A stretch of DNA of 19,109 nt, from assembly GCA_964534375.1 (NCBI GenBank), contig CAZHPN010000004.1, positions 1 through 19,109 of the forward strand. The letters run 5' to 3'. The position numbers and the translations under genes were made by a program. The DNA comes from an uncultured bacterium. GTDB lineage: Bacteria > Lernaellota > Lernaellaia > Lernaellales > Lernaellaceae. The notes below the pieces were generated by a model that saw nothing but the letters and a program-made list of their open reading frames with translations, searched no databases and was not told the DNA's origin. Positions 1 to 6,805 of the stretch are shown piece by piece; the first letter of the stretch is position 1, and each line of letters starts with the position of its first letter.

Positions 1-353
1 TACATCTTCCCCGATTCGCGCGTCGCGGCGACAAACGCGCCCAAGCCCCGATCGCGCAGCATCGCCAGCGCGCCGGGACGGTCGGAGCCCATGAACAGCG
101 CGAACACCTTCGAAATGAAGTTATGGACCTTTGCGCACTCGCGGTAATCGCGCGGCGCGGCAAACTCCGGGCAGGCGGCGCAGGTCTCGATTTTCTTTTC
201 GATCACGCACTTGCGCACGGCGCACTGCGCGTATCCCGCCTCGATTTGGCAGCCCTGACAGCGGCCTTTTTTGAATTTGCCGCAGTTGGTGCAAAACAGT
301 CCGCAGGCTGCGACGTGCGCGTCGGCCGGCGGTTGGGAAATCGTGGTCGCCAT
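1..353 (-). CDS. DUF3795-like Cys-rich (metal/Fe-S-binding) small protein; last codon cut by the window edge
   Basis: Not in the ORF track. Translated by hand from ATG 353 (GGAGG RBS upstream): MATTISQPPADAHVAACGLFCTNCGKFKKGRCQGCQIEAGYAQCAVRKCVIEKKIETCAACPEF...RESGKM, then TA at the edge (probably a stop). The CGxxCxxC...CxGC...CxxRxC...CxxCxEF pattern is typical of DUF3795. Confidence 0.85.
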   Translation of the reverse strand, partial: MATTISQPPADAHVAACGLFCTNCGKFKKGRCQGCQIEAGYAQCAVRKCVIEKKIETCAACPEFAAPRDYRECAKVHNFISKVFALFMGSDRPGALAMLRDRGLGAFVAATRESGKM

Positions 354-469
354 GGTGGCCCTCCGGAAAATCGGAAAAACGAGGAAACTCGGCCCCTTGC
401 TCGTGCACATTATTTGCCGTGGCGCACGCGCTTGCAAGGTGAAGAACGCCGCTGGCGCCGCCGCGCTTT

Positions 470-488
470 AATGATTATTAATCTCAAC
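470..488. promoter_or_regulatory. Fur-family box-like operator (7-1-7 inverted repeat)
   Basis: AA-TGATTAT-T-AATCTCA-AC against consensus TGA(T/G)AAT-n-ATT(A/C)TCA, with one mismatch per half-site. It is an AT-rich island in a divergent intergenic region. Confidence 0.5.
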
Positions 489-518
489 AGGGCAATTGAA
501 ATCATAGGAGAGGCGACA

Positions 519-824
519 ATGTACGATGAAGAGGAAATGAAAATAATAAAAGATGGACTTCGTGAGGCCGCGCAGTCGGTGTTGTTCTCGGGCGACAAAT
601 CGTTTGAGGAGCGCGTTTTCCCCATCTGGCGCAAAACGGTGCACTCGATCCTGGTCGCGCACGGCTGCCCGTGTTCGCGGGGCGAGAAGGATCAATGTTT
701 CCTGACGCTGCCGCGCACGACGCAACGCGAGACCTTCGCCGAGCACGAGATACTCGCCCTGGAGTCGTTCATCAGCGTGATCGAGCAGGGATTGGTCAGT
801 TCTTTGCCGAACGTCTCGGCCTGA
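519..824 (+). CDS. hypothetical protein (101 aa)
   Basis: AGGAGAGG RBS precedes ATG 519 (MYDEEEMKIIKDGL...). The upstream part of track ORF 123..824 overlaps the DUF3795 gene, so 519 is the likely start. Confidence 0.7.
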   Translation: MYDEEEMKIIKDGLREAAQSVLFSGDKSFEERVFPIWRKTVHSILVAHGCPCSRGEKDQCFLTLPRTTQRETFAEHEILALESFISVIEQGLVSSLPNVSA

Positions 825-894
825 GCGCGAATCGCAAAAACACGTTAGTTTTCGGGATGTTGCCGCAGGAATCCTTCACGCGGAGGAAGAACCG

Positions 895-925
895 AAAATA
901 CTTGAGACAATGCTTTAAGTATTTT
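895..925. promoter_or_regulatory. AT-rich inverted repeat (possible operator or terminator)
   Basis: AAAATACTT (895-903) ... AAGTATTTT (917-925) is a perfect 9-bp inverted repeat followed by T-rich sequence. Confidence 0.3.
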
Positions 926-972
926 ATGAAATTAATTGATTTTTGTTGATTTTTTCGGTTTCTCTGACCTCA

Positions 973-998
973 CACGGAGACACGGAGCCGCGCAGAGG
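973..998 (+). repeat. short tandem repeat (CACGGAGA-type)
   Basis: cacggaga-cacggagc-cgcgcagag. Confidence 0.55.
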
Positions 999-1082
999 AT
1001 GAGCCGGGAACGGCTTCTCAGAATTTCCTGTCGACGCCAGCCCCAGCGGGGCTCCGATCGCCGCGAATTGCTTCGCGGCGCC

Positions 1083-1144
1083 TCTGACTTCTGACTTCTG
1101 CCTCCTCGCCACTTCCCACTGACCACTGACCACTGGCCACTGAC
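1083..1144 (+). repeat. two heptamer tandem arrays: (TCTGACT)x3 and (CACTGAC)x4
   Basis: tctgact-tctgact-tctgcct (1083-1103); cactgac-cactgac-cactggc-cactgac (1117-1144). Confidence 0.85.
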
Positions 1145-1164
1145 CGCTACTTCGACCACGGGCT

Positions 1165-1193
1165 TTGACAACGCTGCCCGCCAATGCTAACTG
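1165..1193 (+). promoter_or_regulatory. putative sigma70 promoter of the parA operon
   Basis: Perfect -35 TTGACA (1165-1170), 17-bp spacer, then TGc-TAACTG as an imperfect extended -10, about 33 bp upstream of ATG 1227. Confidence 0.45.
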
Positions 1194-1226
1194 TACGGCG
1201 TTCAAGCGCAAATTCACGGGAACGCC

Positions 1227-2012
1227 ATGAAAACGATCGCGATCGTCAACCAGAAGGGCGGCGTCGGCAAGACGACGGTGGCCGTGAATCTGGGCGCCGG
1301 GCTGGCGCGCCTGGGCCGCAAGGTCGTTGTGATCGACCTGGATTCGCAGGCCAACGCCACGCAAATCCTGCACCGGCCGCTGGGCGAAGACGAGCCGGGC
1401 ATTTGCGAAGTGCTGCTCGACGAGGGCGATCTCGAAGCGATTGTCGCGCCCACAAAAGTGCCGAATCTGTTCATCGCGCCGGCCGGCGAGTCGCTCGCCA
1501 ACGCCGACCTGAACCTCGCCTCGCTGATGGGCCGCGAGTTTTTCCTGCGCAACATCCTGCGCCCGCTCGGCGACCGCGGCTTCGATTTCGCCCTGATCGA
1601 CAACGGACCCTACCTCGGCCTGTTGACCGTCAACTCGCTCGTCGCCGCCGATTACGTGCTGGCGCCGGTTTCGTGCGAGTACCTGCCGCTGCTCGGCCTC
1701 AAGTACCTGCTCGAGACGATCGGCAAGGTGAAGCGCAAACTCCACCCGGACCTCGCGATCCTCGGCTACGTGATCACGATGTACGACCGCCGCGAGGGCA
1801 TCACCTTCCAGGTCGAAAAAACCCTGGTCGACCAGTTCGGCGAACTCGTGCTGCCGACGCGCATCCGCATCAACACCAAGCAAAAATCGGCGCCGAGCCG
1901 CGCGCAGACCATCTTCGAATACGAAGACAGCCGCAACGGCAAAGGCACCGCCGATTTCGAATCGTTGACCGCCGAAGTTCTGGCCCGCATCGAAGGAGGA
2001 CAAGCCCAATGA
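1227..2012 (+). CDS. parA: ParA/Soj family ATPase (orphan; no adjacent parB)
   Basis: Deviant Walker A NQKGGVGKTT, DLDSQAN, Walker B ALIDNGP, LLTVNSLVAAD, and TMYDRR carrying the Soj-like DNA-binding Arg; 261 aa. Confidence 0.95.
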   Translation: MKTIAIVNQKGGVGKTTVAVNLGAGLARLGRKVVVIDLDSQANATQILHRPLGEDEPGICEVLLDEGDLEAIVAPTKVPNLFIAPAGESLANADLNLASLMGREFFLRNILRPLGDRGFDFALIDNGPYLGLLTVNSLVAADYVLAPVSCEYLPLLGLKYLLETIGKVKRKLHPDLAILGYVITMYDRREGITFQVEKTLVDQFGELVLPTRIRINTKQKSAPSRAQTIFEYEDSRNGKGTADFESLTAEVLARIEGGQAQ

Positions 2013-2614
2013 GCCCGAAGAAGAAAGAGGGATTCGACGACATCTTCACTGCCACCGCCGAGGCCCCGAAAGAGGTGAAAAAACCCGCCCGCGCCAACGG
2101 CGTGAAGCCCGAGCCGCGGCCGGCGCCGAAGCCCGGCTTTACCGTCGATCTGGGCGCGGTGCTGCAAACCGCGTGGTCGAACCACGAACGCGAGGCGCTC
2201 TACCGCAAGGCGAAGGAAGACCGCCTGCTGGTCTATTCGTTGTCGCTGCTGGCCGTGTTGGCGTTCGGCGCGGCGATCGTGCTGGGCATGGACCGCCTGT
2301 TGATGTTCGGCTGGCTGGGCAAGCTGATTTTCCGCGTGATCTGCGCCGGCTTCGCCGCCGGCGTGGCCTTCGCGGCGACGGCGCTGATCGAGCTCAACCG
2401 CAAGCGGCTGCAAGACGTGCTGGCGATGATCGTCAAGATCCAGGATGCGCTGCGGCTGTTCGAGGAAGGCGCGATCCCCGGCTCCGACGGCGCGTTTTTC
2501 CCCAACACCTACAAGTTCGTCGGCAGCATGAACGACGACGAAACCAACTACGCCCAGATGATCGTCAAGATCGCCGCCGGCGCGGTGATCGTCACCATCA
2601 TCTTGTTCGTCTAA
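2009..2614 (+). CDS. membrane protein (201 aa, ~3 TM) with a basic/amphipathic N-terminal peptide and Pro/Ala/Lys linker
   Basis: ATGA overlap with the parA stop and a GGAGGA RBS. MSPKKKEGFDDIF...; hydrophobic segments LLVYSLSLLAVLAFGAAIVLG, LIFRVICAGFAAGVAFAATALI and MIVKIAAGAVIVTIILFV. Confidence 0.85.
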   Translation: MSPKKKEGFDDIFTATAEAPKEVKKPARANGVKPEPRPAPKPGFTVDLGAVLQTAWSNHEREALYRKAKEDRLLVYSLSLLAVLAFGAAIVLGMDRLLMFGWLGKLIFRVICAGFAAGVAFAATALIELNRKRLQDVLAMIVKIQDALRLFEEGAIPGSDGAFFPNTYKFVGSMNDDETNYAQMIVKIAAGAVIVTIILFV

Positions 2615-5600
2615 ATGCCCGGCGTCCTCGTTGTCCAGCGGCATGCGGAAATCCGCAGCCTGATCGCGCTTCTTCTCCGGCAACGAGGTTACGAAGTCTT
2701 CCCGGCGGCCGGCCTCGAAGAAGCCGCCCGCTTCGCCGCCGACGAGATCGGCCTGATCTGCCTCGACCTGCACACCCCCGGCGTCGATCCGCGCCAGCCG
2801 CTGCACGCGTTCCGTTCCGGCGCCCTCGGCCCGCGCCTGGTCCAATCGCCGATCTTGCTGACCGATGTCGATGGACTCTTGCCCGACGGCGCGCGCCGCG
2901 ACGATGTCGGCGCGGATGGCCTCGTCACTCCGCGCCGCGCCGGCGGCGGCTCGCTGCTCGCCGAAGCCGAGCGGCTGCTGCCCTCGCCGCCCGGCCCGCA
3001 GCCGGTCCACACGTGGCGGCTCGATAAGCGCGAACTGCCGCCGTTTCTGTACGCGTGCTATCTCTTCGGCGTCACCGGCGCGCTGACCCTGCGCGACGGA
3101 CGCCTGCACAAGCAGCTTTTTTTCGTCGACGGCTGGATCCGCGGCGCGGCGTCGAGCGTCGAGAGCGACTGGCTCGGCAAGATGCTGCTCGCGCGGCGGC
3201 AGATTTCGCCCGAGGCGCTCAACGAGGTCGAGCGGGCGCTGGCCACGTCGAAGCGGCGCATCGGCGAGGAGTTGGTCGCCCGCGGCCGGCTGAGCGAAAC
3301 GCAGCTCAACGAGGCGCTGGAGCAGCAATACGCGGCGATCGCCATGTCCGTTTTCGAGTGGGACGGCGCGGAGATCAGCCTCGGCGAAGGCCGGCCGCAG
3401 CCGCCGCCCTATCTCGCGCGGCATCCGTTTCAGGTGACGCTCGCGGGCGTCCGCGCGGGCTTTCGCGATCGCGAAGCCGACGACGCGCTCGGCCCGCTCG
3501 ACCAGGTTCCGCGCCGCGCGGCTTGGACGTCCTTCCGCCTCGCCGACGTGCAGCTTGCCGAGCCGGAGCGCGACTTGCTCAACGCCGTCGACGGCCGGCG
3601 CTCGTTCGCGCAAATCATCGGCCGCGCCGCCCTGCCCCCGCCGGACGCCAAGAAGTTCCTGCTCGCGCTCGCCGCGATGCGCGTCATCGTGCTGCCGCCC
3701 GACGAGCCGCCGGCGCTCGACGGCCCGCCGGCCTGGCCGGCCCCGCCGCTCGTCGAAGACACGCCCGCCGCAGCCGGCCCGCCCGCGGCGACGATCGATG
3801 CGGCAAAATTCGACGACGACGCCCGCGTCGCGGCCAACCGGCGCTGGATTGCGCCCCTGCGCGCCGCGCTGTCGCCGCGCCGGCCGTATCTGTGGCTGGC
3901 GCTGTTCTATCTGACGCTCGGCTTCGTGCTCGCCCAATTGCCGCTGACCAACTATCTCGGCCTTGAATTCTGCCTCGCCGTCGGCGTCGCCGGCGGGTTC
4001 CTCGGCGGCCCCTTCGCCGTGGGCCTCTTCCGCCGCCGGACCGCCGCGCTGGGCTTCGAGGCCCAACGCCGCCGCGCGGCGCAGCTTGGCGCGCCGGCGC
4101 TCTGGGGCGAGGCGGCGGCGATTCATCTCGCGGCGGCCCTGTTGTCGCTGGTCGGCCTCGCAGTGCACGTGGCGGCGCACGGCGCGTGCGCGCCGTGGCG
4201 CGGCGCGGGCTTTTTCGCGCTGCTGCCCGTGGTGAGCATCCTCTACAGCAGCGCGTGGGGCCTCGCCTTTGGTTCGCTGATCCGGCGGCCATGGCTGGCG
4301 AAGCTCGCGGTGACGGCGCTCGCCCTGGCGACGCTGGCGGCCAACGGCCTCGACTTCATCACCAAGCCCACGGTCTGGGTCTACAACCCGTTCTTCGGCC
4401 ATTACCCGGGCCCGATCTACGACGAAGCGGCGACGCCGGGCCTGCCGCTGCTGGCGTACCGCGCGGGCAACCTCGCGGCGGCGGCGCTGGTGGTGCTGCT
4501 GCTGTCGCTGGTCTGGCGGCGGTGGGACCGCGCGCGCGAGTCCAGCGGTTCGGCGCGCCTCGCCCGCGCCTTGTGCCTCGTGGCGCTGGCGGCGACTGTC
4601 GCCGGCATCCACCTGGGCCGTTTCGAACTCGGCTTTGCGATGGACGACGCGCATCTGAAGAAAAAACTCGACGGCCACATTGCGACCGTGCACTTCGACA
4701 TTTATTACCCGCGCCGGGCCGACATCGAACGCGACATCGCCCTTGTCGCGCTCGACCACGAGTTCCGCTATGCGCAGGTCGTGCAGCAACTCGGCATCCA
4801 TCCGCCGGGCCGCATCGAAAGCTTCATTTACCCCGACGGCGAGGCCAAGAAAAAATGGATCGGCGCCGGCGGCACGGAATACGCCCATTGCGCCACGCGG
4901 CAGATGCACCTGAATTGGGACGGTTTCCCGGCCGATGTCCTGCATCACGAATTGGTTCACGTCATGCTCGCCGGCTACGGCCTGCCGTTCGTCGGCGTTT
5001 CCGCCAAGCCCGCGCTGCTCGAAGGCATGGCCGTCGCCTTCGGCGGCCCCGTCTCGTGGGATGAAGACATCGACCGCTGGGCGGCGGGCCTGAAGGCGAT
5101 GGGCCGCCTGCCGCGGATACGCGACATCATGGGCGTCGGCTTTTGGGGCGATTCGGGCGCGCGCGCCTACGTCGCGGCCGGCAGTTTCGTGCGCTATTTG
5201 ACGACGCTGCCCGGCGGCCAGGGCAAACTGCTCGCGGCCTACGAATGGGGCGACTTGGCCAAATACTTCGGCCGTTCGCTCGACGACCTCGACGCGGCCT
5301 GGCGCGAGCAGTTGACCCAGGTCGAGGCGAAACTGACGCCCGCCGCGATCGAACGTGCGCGCTTCCGCTTCGGGTTCAAGTCGCTGTTCGAGATGCGCTG
5401 CCCGCGCGAGGTCGCCCGGGAACTCGACGAAGCCGGCGACGAGGCCGGCAAACGCTATTTCGCGCGCGCCGATCTGCTCTACCAACGCGCCGCGCAACTC
5501 GATCGCGACGAGGTGCGCCTCAGCCGCCTGCGCCTCGGGCCGCTGCTGCGCCTGGGCCGCCTTGACGAGGCGGCGCGGCTGGCGCGGCTGGTGCGCGATG

Positions 5601-6223
5601 CGCAGGGGACGCCGGTGCACCCGGCGCTCGACAAACGCGGCCATGTGGTCGGCAGCCAGATCATCGCCCACGATGCGGAACTGCGGCTGGCCGAACTGGC
5701 CTGGGCCCGCGGCGACATCGACGAGGCGCGCACGACCTTCCAGGTCATCGCCGAGGCCGCCTATCGCGACGGGGCCGTGCGCGAGGCGGTGTGCGCCTTG
5801 TGGGCGTTCGACCATCCCGAGGTCGAGCCGGCGCTGCGGCGCTATTTCACCGATTTCACGGACACGCACGACGGCCGCTGGCAGTTGCTCTTCGCCTGGC
5901 GCACGGAAACCGCCGACCCGGTGCTCGCCTATTTGATGGCGCGCCGCGCCTTCGACGAGCAGGATTATCCGGTCGCCCGCAATCTGCTCGACCGCGCGCT
6001 CGCCGCCGCCCTGCCGCATTCCGCGCTGATCGAAGAAACCTGGCGCGCCAAAGGCTACGCCTCGTTCATGCTCGGCGACCTGCCCCGCGCCAGGGCCGAG
6101 TACGCCGAATTGCGCAAATACCAGGTCTGGCTCGGCAAAGAAACGCCCGACGCCGACGACTGGCTCGCCCGCATCGACGCCTGGCCGGCCCTGCCGGGCG
6201 CGAACGGCCCCCCCAAACTGTAA
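2615..6223 (+). CDS. multidomain membrane protein: pseudo-receiver + DUF4388/MshEN-like + ~7 TM + gluzincin (peptidase MA/M1-like) Zn-metallopeptidase + TPR-like C-terminus
   Basis: The start abuts the previous stop (TAA-ATG). Receiver-like VLVV...LICLDL; DUF4388-like TGALTL...LFFVDGWI...SVFEWDGAEISL; RIGEELVARGRLSETQLNEALEQQ; HELVH (4946-4960) plus E of LLEGMA (5021); AYVAAGSFVRYL; TPR-like helices. Confidence 0.85.
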   Translation: MPGVLVVQRHAEIRSLIALLLRQRGYEVFPAAGLEEAARFAADEIGLICLDLHTPGVDPRQPLHAFRSGALGPRLVQSPILLTDVDGLLPDGARRDDVGADGLVTPRRAGGGSLLAEAERLLPSPPGPQPVHTWRLDKRELPPFLYACYLFGVTGALTLRDGRLHKQLFFVDGWIRGAASSVESDWLGKMLLARRQISPEALNEVERALATSKRRIGEELVARGRLSETQLNEALEQQYAAIAMSVFEWDGAEISLGEGRPQPPPYLARHPFQVTLAGVRAGFRDREADDALGPLDQVPRRAAWTSFRLADVQLAEPERDLLNAVDGRRSFAQIIGRAALPPPDAKKFLLALAAMRVIVLPPDEPPALDGPPAWPAPPLVEDTPAAAGPPAATIDAAKFDDDARVAANRRWIAPLRAALSPRRPYLWLALFYLTLGFVLAQLPLTNYLGLEFCLAVGVAGGFLGGPFAVGLFRRRTAALGFEAQRRRAAQLGAPALWGEAAAIHLAAALLSLVGLAVHVAAHGACAPWRGAGFFALLPVVSILYSSAWGLAFGSLIRRPWLAKLAVTALALATLAANGLDFITKPTVWVYNPFFGHYPGPIYDEAATPGLPLLAYRAGNLAAAALVVLLLSLVWRRWDRARESSGSARLARALCLVALAATVAGIHLGRFELGFAMDDAHLKKKLDGHIATVHFDIYYPRRADIERDIALVALDHEFRYAQVVQQLGIHPPGRIESFIYPDGEAKKKWIGAGGTEYAHCATRQMHLNWDGFPADVLHHELVHVMLAGYGLPFVGVSAKPALLEGMAVAFGGPVSWDEDIDRWAAGLKAMGRLPRIRDIMGVGFWGDSGARAYVAAGSFVRYLTTLPGGQGKLLAAYEWGDLAKYFGRSLDDLDAAWREQLTQVEAKLTPAAIERARFRFGFKSLFEMRCPREVARELDEAGDEAGKRYFARADLLYQRAAQLDRDEVRLSRLRLGPLLRLGRLDEAARLARLVRDAQGTPVHPALDKRGHVVGSQIIAHDAELRLAELAWARGDIDEARTTFQVIAEAAYRDGAVREAVCALWAFDHPEVEPALRRYFTDFTDTHDGRWQLLFAWRTETADPVLAYLMARRAFDEQDYPVARNLLDRALAAALPHSALIEETWRAKGYASFMLGDLPRARAEYAELRKYQVWLGKETPDADDWLARIDAWPALPGANGPPKL

Positions 6224-6237
6224 GAGCGCCCCCCGCC

Positions 6238-6606
6238 TCCGCCTGCGCCGGGGCAGGCTCTTCGCGGGGGCAGGCTTTTCCAGGCGCGATCCGATGTGGC
6301 GCAGCCGCCCCCGGCTGTGCCGGCCCTGGGATCGCCGGCGTCCCGCCGGCCCCGGCCGTGTCGGCCATTGCCCGGCATTATCATCGGGGCAGGCACGGGG
6401 ATCTGCCCCCTGATCCGAACGCACGCTGCCGTATTCTGCGGCGACGTTCGGCCCAGCCGTTGCGGGTCGTTCGCGTCCCTCCCCCCGCCATTTGCCGGCG
6501 CAATCGCGCCGGAATTAACGGGAACGGGCCCGGGAACCCGCCCCTGCAACGGACGTCGTCAACGGGGCGGCCGTAGAAACCGGGACGGCCGTAGGGACCG
6601 GCCGCC
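6238..6606. repeat. cluster of REP-like palindromes between convergent genes
   Basis: gcgcagccg-cccc-cggctgtgc (6299-6320); gccggcg-tcc-cgccggc (6334-6350); ggggcagg...tctgcccc (~6386-6409); ccgaacg...cgttcgg (6415-6451); GTAG-started motifs near 6573-6606. Confidence 0.55.
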
Positions 6607-6616
6607 ATTGATCCGT

Positions 6617-6805
6617 TCATGCCGGACGAATTTCGCAGGCGAGGTTGGACAATTTGGCGTCGCTCGCGGGTGAAGAATCATCATCCGGCGTCGAATCGTC
6701 ATCGGCGACGCTCGTCTTGTTCGACGACAATCCGGCCGACGCGCACGCGGCCAGCAGCGGGGCGCTCAAGGCAAGAACCAGCAACAACAGCCAGGTCTTT
6801 TTCAT
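6617..6805 (-). pseudogene. truncated (62 aa) paralog of the upstream lipoproteins; signal peptide plus Asp-rich linker only
   Basis: MKKTWLLLLVLALSAPLLAACASAGLSSNKTSVADDD is nearly identical to the N-termini at 7866 and 10269. ATGA overlap with the 6802 stop. The ORF stops shortly after SDAKLSNL. It could instead be a genuine mini-lipoprotein. Confidence 0.6.

Noticed and set aside
123..518. N-terminal extension of track ORF 123..824
   Set aside because: Antisense to the DUF3795 gene and runs through the promoter region; the RBS supports ATG 519.
1083..1144. Possible CRISPR array (also 10466-10495 and 17096-17123)
   Set aside because: Units are 7-10 bp with no spacers, and there are no cas genes in the window.
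1184..2008. N-terminal extension of track ORF 1184..2614
   Set aside because: It overlaps parA in another frame; the real start is ATG 2009 with a GGAGGA RBS and ATGA coupling.
1766..6424. 1552-aa minus-strand ORF
   Set aside because: Antisense shadow of the + strand operon in high-GC DNA; Arg/Gly/Ala-rich with no motifs, whereas the + strand frames have clear domains.
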